This document shows positions 1-12,400 of a stretch of DNA of 64,000 bases, in pieces. Source of the DNA: Eledone cirrhosa. Taxonomy: Eukaryota. The notes beneath the pieces are model-generated. The model saw nothing but the letters and a program-made list of their open reading frames with translations. It had not been told where the DNA came from and did no database searches. Positions within the stretch are counted from its first letter, which is position 1; every line of letters begins with the position of its first letter. Where the stretch lies: assembly GCA_964016885.1 (NCBI GenBank), contig OZ024748.1, positions 39,246,001 to 39,310,000 of the forward strand, written 5' to 3'. The position numbers were made by a program, and so were the translations under genes.

Positions 1-1300
1 TAACACTTTCATTACCATATTTCTAATGAAAGTCACTGTCTATGTCATTAACCCTTTCATTACCATATTTCTAATGAAAGTCACTGTCTATGTCATTAAC
101 CCTTTCATTACCATATTTCTAATGAATGACACTGTCTATGTCATTAACCCTTTCATTACCATATTTCTGACACTGTCTATGTCATTAACCCTTTCATCAT
201 CATATTTCTAATAAGAGAAACTGTTTATGTCATTAACCCTATCATTACCTTATTTCTAATGAAAGACACTGTCTATTTCATTAAACCTTTCATTACCGTA
301 TTTCTAATGAAAGACACTGTCTATTTCATTAACCCTTTCATTACCATATTTCTAATGAAAGACACTGCCAATGTCATTAACCCTTTCATTACCATATTTC
401 TGACACTGTCTATGTCATTAACCCTTTCATCATCATATTTCTAATAAAAGACACTGTTTATGTCATTAACCCTATCATTACCTTACTTCTAATGAAAGAC
501 ACTGTCTATGTCATTAACCCTGTCATTACCATATTTCTAATGAAAGACACTGCCGATGTCATAAACCCTTTCATTACCATATTTCTGAGACTGTCTATTT
601 CATTAACCCTTTCATTACCATATTTCTAATGAAAGACACTGTCTATGTCATTAACCCTTTCATTACCATATTTCTAATGAAAGACACTGTCTAATTCATT
701 AACCCTTTCATTACCATATTTCTAATGAAAGACACTGTCTATTTCATTAACCCTTTCCTTACCATATTTCTAATGAAAGACACTGTCTATTTCATTAACA
801 CTTTCATTACCATATTTCTAATGAAAGACACTGTCTATTTCATTAACCCTTTCATTACCATATTTCTAATGAAAGACACTGTCTATTTCATTAAACCTTT
901 CATTACCATATTTCTAATGAAAGACACTGTCTATGTCATTAACCCTTTCATTACCATATTTCTAATGAAAGACACTGTCTATGTCATTAACCCTTTCATT
1001 ACCATATTTTTAATGAAAGTCACTGTCTATGTCATTAACACTTTCATTACCATATTTCTAATGAAAGTCACTGTCTATGTCATTAACCCTTTCATTACCA
1101 TATTTCTAATGAAAGTCACTGTCTATGTCATTAACCCTTTCATTACCATATTTCTAATGAATGACACTGTCTATGTCATTAACCCTTTCATTACCATATT
1201 TCTGACACTGTCTATGTCATTAACCCTTTCATCATCATATTTCTAATAAGAGAAACTGTTTATGTCATTAACCCTATCATTACCTTATTTCTAATGAAAG
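1..1300. repeat. Local block duplication, offset 1,035 bp (1-~260 repeated at ~1036-1295)
   Basis: Shared rare variants in the same order: AACACTTTC, ATGAATGAC (122, 1157), a 41-bp monomer, TAATAAGAGAAACTGTTTATG (209, 1244) and CCTATCATTACCTTA. The offset 1,035 equals 22 x 48 minus 3 x 7. Confidence 0.8.
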
Positions 1301-2880
1301 ACACTGTCTATGTCATTAACCCTGTCATTACCATATTTCTAATGAAAGACACTGCCGATGTCATTAACCCTTTCATTACCATATTTCTGAGACTGTCTAT
1401 TTCATTAACCCTTTCATTACCATATTTCTAATGAAAGACACTGTCTATGTCATTAACCCTTTCATTACCATATTTATAATGAAAGACACTGTCTATTTCA
1501 TTAACCCTTTCATTACCATATTTCTAATGAAAGACACTGTCTATTTCATTAACCCTTTCCTTACCATATTTCTAATGAAAGACACTGTCTATGTCATTAA
1601 CTCTTTCATTACCATATTTCTAATGAAAGACACTGTCTATTTCATTAACCCTTTCATTACCATATTTCTAATGAAAGACACTGCCAATGTCATTAACCCT
1701 TTCATTACCATATTTCTGACACTGTCTATTTCATTAACACTTTCATTACCATATTTCTAATGAAAGACACTGTCTATTTCATTAACCCTTTCATTACCAT
1801 ATTTCTAACGAAAGACACTGTCTATGTCATTAACCCTTTCATTACCATATTTCTAATGAAAGACACTGTCTATTTCATTAACCCTTTCATTACCATATTT
1901 CTAATGAAAGACACTGTCTATTTCATTAACACTTTCATTACCATATTTCTAATGAAAGACACTGTCTATTTCATTAAACCTTTCATTACCATATTTCTAA
2001 TGAAAGACACTGTCTATGTCATTAACTCTTTCATTACCATATTTCTAATGAAAGACACTGTCTATTTCATTAACCCTTTCATTACCATATTTCTAATGAA
2101 AGACACTGCCAATGTCATTAACCCTTTCATTACCATATTTCTGACACTGTCTATGTCATTAACCCTTTCATCATCATATTTCTAATAAAAGGCACTGTTT
2201 ATGTCATTAACCCTATCATTACCTTATTTCTAATGAAAGACACTGTCTATGTCATTAACCCTGTCATTACCATATTTCTAATGAAAGACATTGCCGATGT
2301 CATTAACCCTTTCATTACCATATTTCTGAGACTGTCTATTTCATTAACCCTTTCATTACCATATTTCTGAGACTGTCTATTTCATTAACCCTTTCATTAC
2401 CATATTTCTAATGAAAGACACTGTCTATGTCATTAACCCTTTCATTACCATATTTCTAATGAAAGACACTGTCTATTTCATTAACCCTTTCATTACCATA
2501 TTTCTAATGAAAGACACTGTCTATTTCATTAACACTTTCATTACCATATTTCTAATGAAAGACACTGTCTATTTCATTAAACCTTTCATTACCATATTTC
2601 TAATGAAAGACACTGTCTATGTCATTAACCCTTTCATTACCATATTTCTAATGAAAGACACTGTCTATGTCATTAACCCTTTCATTACCATATTTTTAAT
2701 GAAAGTCACTGTCTATGTCATTAACCCTTTCATTACCATATTTTTAATGAAAGTCACTGTCTATGTCATTAACACTTTCATTACCATATTTCTAATGAAA
2801 GTCACTGTCTATGTCATTAACCCTTTCATTACCATATTTCTAATGAAAGTCACTGTCTATGTCATTAACCCTTTCATTAC
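1..2880. repeat. Left sub-domain of the satellite: GAC-type-rich, TATTTC-rich monomers with 41-bp deletion monomers
   Basis: Nine junctions read ATATTTCT-GACAC or ATATTTCT-GAGAC, lacking AATGAAA (near 168, 401, 587, 1203, 1388, 1717, 2142, 2327, 2368). Variants such as TTCATCATCATA, ACTGCCAATG/GCCGATG, AACACTTTC and AATAAGAGAAACTG are seen only here. Confidence 0.9.
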
Positions 2881-2889
2881 ATATTTCTA

Positions 2890-4308
2890 ATGAAGGACAC
2901 TGTCTATGTCATTAACCCTTTCATTACCATATTTCTAATGAAAGACACTGTCTATGTCATTAACCCTTTCATTACCATATTTCTAATAAAAGTCACTGTC
3001 TATGTCATTAACCCTTTCATTACCATATTTCTAATGAAAGTCAATGTCTATGTCATTAACCCTTTCATTACCATATTTCTAATGAAAGACACATTCTATG
3101 TCATTAATCCTTTCATTACCATATTTCTAATGGAAGTCACTGTCTATGTCATTAACCCTTTCATTACCATATTTCTAATGAAAGTCACTTTCTATTTCAT
3201 TAACCCATTCATTACCATATTTCTAATGAAAGACACTGTCGATGTCATTAACCCTTTCATTACCATATTTCTAATGAAAGTCACTGTCTATGTCATTAAC
3301 CCATTCATTACCATATTTCTAATGAAAGACACTGTCGATGTCATTAACCCTTTCATTACCATATTTCTAATGAAAGTCACTGTCTATGTCATTAACCCTT
3401 TCATTACCATATTTCTAATGAAAGTCACTTTCTATTTCATTAACCCATTCATTACCATATTTCTAATGAAAGACACTGTCGATGTCATTAACCCTTTCAT
3501 TACCATATTTCTAATGAAAGTCACTGTCTATGTCATTAACCCTTTCATTACCATATTTCTAATGAAAGACACAGTCTATGTCATTAATCCTTTCATTACC
3601 ATATTTCTAATGAAAGTCACTGTCTATGTCATTAACCCTTTCATTACCATATTTCTAATGAAAGACACTGTCTATGTGATTAACCCTGTCATTACCATAT
3701 TTCTAATGAAAGTCACTGTCTATGTCATTAACCCTTTCATTACCATATTTCTAATGAAAGACACTGTCTATTTCATTAACCCCTTCATTACCATATTTCT
3801 AATGAAAGACACTGTCTATGTCATTAACCCTTTCATTACCATATTTCTAATGAAAGACACTGTCTATGTCATTAACCCTTTCATTACCATATTTCTAATG
3901 AAAGACACTGTCTATGTCATTAACCCTTTCATTACCATATTTCTAATGAAAGACACTGTCTATGTCATTAACCCTTTCATTACCATATTTCTAATGAAAG
4001 TCACTGTCTATGTCATTAACCCTTTCATTACCATATTTCTAATGAAAGTCATTGTCTATGTCATTAACCCTTTCATTACCATATTTCTAATGAAAGTCAC
4101 TGTCTATTTCATTAACCCTTTCATTACCATATTTCTAATGAAAGACACTGTCTATGTCATTAACCCTTTCATTACCATATTTCTAATGAAAGACACTGTC
4201 TATGTCATTAACCCTTTCATTACCATATTTCTAATAAAAGTCACTGTCTATGTGATTAACCCTTTCATTACCATATTTCTAATGAAAGTCACTGTCTATT
4301 GTCATTAA
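2890..4308. repeat. ~1.4-kb variant block present three times (2890-4308, ~10092-11558, ~15664-17130)
   Basis: The same ordered rare markers occur in all three: GAAGGACAC, GTCAATGTC, GTCACTTTCTATTTC...AACCCATTC, GTCGATGTC, AACCCCTTC, GTCATTGTC, then the 49-bp monomer. The second and third copies carry one extra GTTACT/AGTAAA monomer. Confidence 0.8.
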
Positions 4309-4330
4309 CCCTTTCATTACCATATTTCTA

Positions 4331-7300
4331 ATGAAAGACACATTCTATGTCATTAATCCTTTCATTACCATATTTCTAATGGAAGTCACTGTCTATGTCA
4401 TTAACCCTTTCATTACCATATTTCTAATGAAAGTCACTGTCTATTTCATTAACCCTTTCATTACCATATTTCTAATGAAAGACACTGTCTATGTCATTAA
4501 CCCTTTCATTACCATATTTCTAATGAAAGTCACTGTCTATGTCATTAACCCTTTCATTACCATATTTCTAATGAAAGACACTGTCTATGTCATTAACCCT
4601 TTCATTACCATATTTCTAATAAAAGTCACTGTCTATGTCATTAACCCTTTCATTACCATATTTCTAATGAAAGTCACTGTCTATGTCATTAACCCTTTCA
4701 TTACCATATTTCTAATGAAAGACACATTCTATGTCATTAATCCTTTCATTACCATATTTCTAATGGAAGTCACTGTCTATGTCATTAACCCTTTCATTAC
4801 CATATTTCTAATGAAAGTCACTGTCTATGTCATTAACCCTTTCATTACCATATTTCTAATGAAAGACACAGTCTATGTCATTAATCCTTTCATTACCATA
4901 TTTCTAATGAAAGTCACTGTCTATGTCATTAACCCTTTCATTACCATATTTCTCATGAAATACACTGTTTATGTGATTAACCCTGTCATTACCATATTTC
5001 TAATGAAAGTTACTGGCTATGTCAGTAACCCTGTCATTACCATATTTCTAATGAAAGTCACTGTCTATGTCATTAACCCTTTCATTACCATATTTCTAAT
5101 GAAAGACACTGTCTATGTGATTAACCCCGTCGTTACCATATTTCTAATGAAAGTTACTGTCTATGTCAGTAACCCTGTCATTACCATATTTCTAATGAAA
5201 GACACTGTCTATGTCATTAACCCTTTCATTACCATATTTCTAATGAAAGACAATGTCTATTTCATTAACCCTTTCATTACCATATTTTTAATGAAAGACA
5301 CTGTCTATGTCATTAACCCTTTCATTACCATATTTCTAATGAAAGACACTGTCTATGTCATTAACCCTTTCATTACCATATTTCTAATGAAAGTCACTGT
5401 CTATGTCATTAACCCTTTCATTACCATATTTCTAATGAAAGACACTGTCTATATCATTAACCCTTTCATTACCATATTTCTAATGAAAATCACTGTCTAT
5501 GTCATTAACCCTTTCATTACCATATTTCTAATGAAAGTCACTGTCTATGTCATTAACCCTTTCATTACCATATTTCTAATGAAAGTCACTGTCTATTTCA
5601 TTAACCCTTTCATTACCATATTTCTAATGAAGGACACTGTCTATGTCATTAACCCTTTCATTACCATATTTCTAATGAAAGACACTGTCTATGTCATTAA
5701 CCCTTTCATTACCATATTTCTAATAAAAGTCACTGTCTATGTCATTAACCCTTTCATTACCATATTTCTAATGAAAGTCACTGTCTATGTCATTAACCCT
5801 TTCATTACCATATTTCTAATGAAAGACACTTTCTATGTCATTAATCCTTTCATTACCATATTTCTAATGGAAGTCACTGTCTATGTCATTAACCCTTTCA
5901 TTACCATATTTCTAATGAAAGTCACTGTCTATTTCATTAACCCATTCATTACCATATTTCTAATGAAAGACACTGTCTATGTCATTAACCCTTTCATTAC
6001 CATATTTCTAATGAAAGTCATTGTCTATGTCATTAACCCTTTCATTACCATATTTCTAATGAAAGACACTGTCTATGTCATTAACCCTTTCATTACCATA
6101 TTTCTAATTAAAGTCACTGTCTATGTAATTAACCCTTTCATTACCATATTTCTAATGAAAGTCACTGTCTATGTCATTAACCCTTTCATTACCATATTTC
6201 TAATGAAAGACACATTCTATGTCATTAATCCTTTCATTAACATATTTCTAATGGAAGTCACTGTCTATGTCATTAACCCTTTCATTACCATATTTCTAAT
6301 GAAAGTCACTGTCTATGTCATTAACCCTTTCATTACCATATTTCTAATGAAAGTCACTGTCTATGTCATTAACCCTTTCATTACCATATTTCTAATGAAA
6401 GACACAGTCTATGTCATTAATCCTTTCATTACCATATTTCTAATGAAAGTTACTGTCTATGTCAGTAAACCTGTCATTACCATATTTCTAATGAAAGTCA
6501 CTGTCTATGTCATTAACCCTTTCATTACCATATTTCTAATGAAAGACACTGTCTATTTCATTAACCCCTTCATTACCATATTTCTAATGAAAGACACTGT
6601 CTATTTCATTAACCCCTTCATTACCATATTTCTAATGAAAGACACTGTCTATGTCATTAACCCTTTCATTACCATATTTCTAATGAAAGACACTGTCTAT
6701 GTCATTAACCCTTTCATTACCATATTTCTAATGAAAGACACTGTCTATGTCATTAACCCTTTCATTACCATATTTCTAATGAAAGACACTGTCTATGTCA
6801 TTAACCCTTTCATTACCATATTTCTAATGAAAGTCACTGTCTATGTCATTAACCCTTTCATTACCATATTTCTAATGAAAGTCATTGTCTATGTCATTAA
6901 CCCTTTCATTACCATATTTCTAATGAAAGTCACTGTCTATTTCATTAACCCTTTCATTACCATATTTCTAATGAAAGACACTGTCTATGTCATTAACCCT
7001 TTCATTACCATATTTCTAATGAAAGACACTGTCTATGTCATTAACCCTTTCATTACCATATTTCTAATAAAAGTCACTGTCTATGTGATTAACCCTTTCA
7101 TTACCATATTTCTAATGAAAGTCACTGTCTATTGTCATTAACCCTTTCATTACCATATTTCTAATGAAAGACACATTCTATGTCATTAATCCTTTCATTA
7201 CCATATTTCTAATGGAAGTCACTGTCTATGTCATTAACCCTTTCATTACCATATTTCTAATGAAAGTCACTGTCTATTTCATTAACCCTTTCATTACCAT

Positions 7301-9420
7301 ATTTCTAATGAAAGACACTGTCTATGTCATTAACCCTTTCATTACCATATTTCTAATGAAAGTCACTGTCTATGTCATTAACCCTTTCATTACCATATTT
7401 CTAATGAAAGACACTGTCTATGTCATTAACCCTTTCATTACCATATTTCTAATAAAAGTCACTGTCTATGTCATTAACCCTTTCATTACCATATTTCTAA
7501 TGAAAGTCACTGTCTATGTCATTAACCCTTTCATTACCATATTTCTAATGAAAGACACATTCTATGTCATTAATCCTTTCATTACCATATTTCTAATGGA
7601 AGTCACTGTCTATGTCATTAACCCTTTCATTACCATATTTCTAATGAAAGTCACTGTCTATGTCATTAACCCTTTCATTACCATATTTCTAATGAAAGAC
7701 ACAGTCTATGTCATTAATCCTTTCATTACCATATTTCTAATGAAAGTCACTGTCTATGTCATTAACCCTTTCATTACCATATTTCTCATGAAAGACACTG
7801 TTTATGTGATTAACCCTGTCATTACCATATTTCTAATGAAAGTTACTGGCTATGTCAGTAACCCTGTCATTACCATATTTCTAATGAAAGTCACTGTCTA
7901 TGTCATTAACCCTTTCATTACCATATTTCTAATGAAAGACACTGTCTATGTGATTAACCCCGTCGTTACCATATTTCTAATGAAAGTTACTGTCTATGTC
8001 AGTAACCCTGTCATTACCATATTTCTAATGAAAGACACTGTCTATGTCATTAACCCTTTCATTACCATATTTCTAATGAAAGACAATGTCTATTTCATTA
8101 ACCCTTTCATTACCATATTTTTAATGAAAGACACTGTCTATGTCATTAACCCTTTCATTACCATATTTCTAATGAAAGACACTGTCTATGTCATTAACCC
8201 TTTCATTACCATATTTCTAATGAAAGTCACTGTCTATGTCATTAACCCTTTCATTACCATATTTCTAATGAAAGACACTGTCTATATCATTAACCCTTTC
8301 ATTTCCATATTTCTAATGAAAGTCACTGTCTATGTCATTAACCCTTTCATTACCATATTTCTAATGAAAGTCACTGTCTATGTCATTAACCCTTTCATTA
8401 CCATATTTCTAATGAAAGTCACTGTCTATTTCATTAACCCTTTCATTACCATATTTCTAATGAAGGACACTGTCTATGTCATTAACCCTTTCATTACCAT
8501 ATTTCTAATGAAAGACACTGTCTATGTCATTAACCCTTTCATTACCATATTTCTAATAAAAGTCACTGTCTATGTCATTAACCCTTTCATTACCATATTT
8601 CTAATGAAAGTCACTGTCTATGTCATTAACCCTTTCATTACCATATTTCTAATGAAAGACACTTTCTATGTCATTAATCCTTTCATTACCATATTTCTAA
8701 TGGAAGTCACTGTCTATGTCATTAACCCTTTCATTACCATATTTCTAATGAAAGTCACTGTCTATTTCATTAACCCATTCATTACCATATTTCTAATGAA
8801 AGACACTGTCTATGTCATTAACCCTTTCATTACCATATTTCTAATGAAAGTCATTGTCTATGTCATTAACCCTTTCATTACCATATTTCTAATGAAAGAC
8901 ACTGTCTATGTCATTAACCCTTTCATTACCATATTTCTAATAAAAGTCACTGTCTATGTAATTAACCCTTTCATTACCATATTTCTAATGAAAGTCACTG
9001 TCTATGTCATTAACCCTTTCATTACCATATTTCTAATGAAAGACACATTCTATGTCATTAATCCTTTCATTAACATATTTCTAATGGAAGTCACTGTCTA
9101 TGTCATTAACCCTTTCATTACCATATTTCTAATGAAAGTCACTGTCTATGTCATTAACCCTTTCATTACCATATTTCTAATGAAAGTCACTGTCTATGTC
9201 ATTAACCCTTTCATTACCATATTTCTAATGAAAGACACAGTCTATGTCATTAATCCTTTCATTACCATATTTCTAATGAAAGTTACTGTCTATGTCAGTA
9301 AACCTGTCATTACCATATTTCTAATGAAAGTCACTGTCTATGTCATTAACCCTTTCATTACCATATTTCTAATGAAAGACACTGTCTATTTCATTAACCC
9401 CTTCATTACCATATTTCTAA
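4331..9420. repeat. Tandem block duplication, offset 2,833 bp (59 monomers + 1 bp)
   Basis: ORFs 4331.. and 7164.. are nearly identical for about 750 aa. They share the private variants ACTGGCTAT (5012, 7845), AACCCCGTCGTT (5123, 7956) and TATATCATT (5450, 8283). Confidence 0.85.
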
Positions 9421-12400
9421 TGAAAGACACTGTCTATGTCATTAACCCTTTCATTACCATATTTCTAATGGAAGTCACTGTCTATGTCATTAACCCTTTC
9501 ATTACCATATTTCTAATGAAAGTCACTGTCTATGTCATCAACCCTTTCATTACCATATTTCTAATGAAAGTCACTGTCTATGTCATTAACCCTTTCATTA
9601 CCATATTTCTAATGAAAGACACAGTCTATGTCATTAATCCTTTCATTACCATATTTCTAATGAAAGTCACTGTCTATGTCATTAACCCTTTCATTACCAT
9701 ATTTCTCATGAAAGACACTGTTTATGTGATTAACCCTGTCATTACCATATTTCTAATGAAAGTTACTGTCTATGTCAGTAACCCTGTCATTACCATATTT
9801 CTAATGAAAGTCACTGTCTATGTCATTAACCCTTTCATTACCATATTTCTAATGAAAGACACTGTCTATGTGATTAACCCTGTCGTTACCATATTTCTAA
9901 TGAAAGTTACTGTCTATGTCAGTAACCCTGTCATTACCATATTTCTAATGAAAGACACTGTCTATGTCATTAACCCTTTCATTACCATATTTCTAATGAA
10001 AGTCACTATCTATGTCATTAAACCTTTCATTACCATATTTCTAATGAAAGTCACTGTCTATTTCATTAACCCTTTCATTATCATATTTCTAATGAAGGAC
10101 ACTGTCTATGTCATTAACCCTTTCATTACCATATTTCTAATGAAAGACACTGTCTATGTCATTAACCCTTTCATTACCATATTTCTAATAAAAGTCACTG
10201 TCTATGTCATTAACCCTTTCATTACCATATTTCTAATGAAAGTCAATGTCTATGTCATTAACCCTTTCATTACCATATTTCTAATGAAAGACACATTCTA
10301 TGTCATTAATCCTTTCATTACCATATTTCTAATGGAAGTCACTGTCTATGTCATTAACCCTTTCATTACCATATTTCTAATGAAAGTCACTTTCTATTTC
10401 ATTAACCCATTCATTACCATATTTCTAATGAAAGACACTCTCGATGTCATTAACCCTTTCATTACCATATTTCTAATGAAAGTCACTGTCTATGTCATTA
10501 ACCCATTCATTACCATATTTCTAATGAAAGACACTGTCGATGTCATTAACCCTTTCATTACCATATTTCTAATGAAAGTCACTGTCTATGTCATTAACCC
10601 TTTCATTACCATATTTCTAATGAAAGTCACTTTCTATTTCATTAACCCATTCATTACCATATTTCTAATGAAAGACACTGTCAATGTCATTAACCCTTTC
10701 ATTACCATATTTCTAATGAAAGTCACTGTCTATGTCATTAACCCTTTCATTACCATATTTCTAATGAAAGACACAGTCTATGTCATTAATCCTTTCATTA
10801 CCATATTTCTAATGAAAGTCACTGTCTATGTCATTAACCCTTTCATTACCATATTTCTAATGAAAGACACTGTCTATGTGATTAACCCTGTCATTACCAT
10901 ATTTCTAATGAAAGTTACTGTCTATGTCAGTAAACCTGTCATTACCATATTTCTAATGAAAGTCACTGTCTATGTCATTAACCCTTTCATTACCATATTT
11001 CTAATGAAAGACACTGTCTATTTCATTAACCCCTTCATTACCATATTTCTAATGAAAGACACTGTCTATGTCATTAACCCTTTCATTACCATATTTCTAA
11101 TGAAAGACACTGTCTATGTCATTAACCCTTTCATTACCATATTTCTAATGAAAGACACTGTCTATGTCATTAACCCTTTCATTACCATATTTCTAATGAA
11201 AGACACTGTCTATGTCATTAACCCTTTCATTACCATATTTCTAATGAAAGTCACTGTCTATGTCATTAACCCTTTCATTACCATATTTCTAATGAAAGTC
11301 ATTGTCTATGTCATTAACCCTTTCATTACCATATTTCTAATGAAAGTCACTGTCTATTTCATTAACCCTTTCATTACCATATTTCTAATGAAAGACACTG
11401 TCTATGTCATTAACCCTTTCATTACCATATTTCTAATGAAAGACACTGTCTATGTCATTAACCCTTTCATTACCATATTTCTAATAAAAGTCACTGTCTA
11501 TGTGATTAACCCTTTCATTACCATATTTCTAATGAAAGTCACTGTCTATTGTCATTAACCCTTTCATTACCATATTTCTAATGAAAGACACATTCTATGT
11601 CATTAATCCTTTCATTACCATATTTCTAATGGAAGTCACTGTCTATGTCATTAACCCTTTCATTACCATATTTCTAATGAAAGTCACTGTCTATGTCATT
11701 AACCCTTTCATTACCATATTTCTAATGAAAGTCACTGTCTATGTCATTAACCCTTTCATTACCATATGTCTAATGAAAAACACAGTCTATGTCATTAATC
11801 CTTTCATTACCATATTTCTAATGAAAGTCACTGTCTATGTCATTACCCCTTTCATTACCATATTTCTAATAAAAGTCACTGTCTATGTCATTAACCCTTT
11901 CATTACCATATTTCTAATGAAAGTCACTGTCTATGTCATTAACCCTTTCATTACCATATTTCTAATGAAAGACACATTCTATGTCATTAATCCTTTCATT
12001 ACCATATTTCTAATGGAAGTGACTGTCTATGTCATTAACCCTTTCATTACCATATTTCTAATGAAAGTCACTGTCTATGTCATTATCCCTTTCATTACCA
12101 TATTTCTAATGAAAGTCACTGTCTATGTCATTAACCCTTTCATTACCATATTTCTAATGAAAGACACAGTCTATGTCATTAATCCTTTCATTACCATATT
12201 TCTAATGAAAGTCACTGTCTATGTCATTAACCCTTTCATTACCATATTTCTAATGAAAGACACTGTCTATGTGATTAACCCTGTCATTACCATATTTCTA
12301 ATGAAAGTCACTGTCTATGTCATTAACCCTTTCATTACCATATTTCTAATGAAAGACACTGTCTATGTCATTAACCCTTTCATTACCATATTTCTAATGA

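Noticed and set aside
49-55. Telomere-like TAACCCT (AGGGTTA on the minus strand) in every monomer
   Set aside because: It is a single 7-bp match per 48 bp with no tandem (TTAGGG)n run. The GGG tracts are too far apart for a conventional G-quadruplex, and the match is compatible with chance.
54-80. Rho-independent terminator or structured ncRNA/tRNA from the hairpin
   Set aside because: The stem is AT-rich with no GC-rich core or following U-tract, there is no upstream gene, and I see no covariation or cloverleaf.
2985-2990. AATAAA polyadenylation-like signals in ATAAAAGTC variant monomers
   Set aside because: Each is created by one G->A change in the repeat, with no associated transcription unit.
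4308-4331. Operon-like run of ORFs with constant 22-bp gaps, or programmed frameshifting
   Set aside because: The gap is just the distance from the frameshift-induced TAA in the 49-bp monomer to the next monomer's ATG. There is no ribosome-binding site or slippery heptamer.
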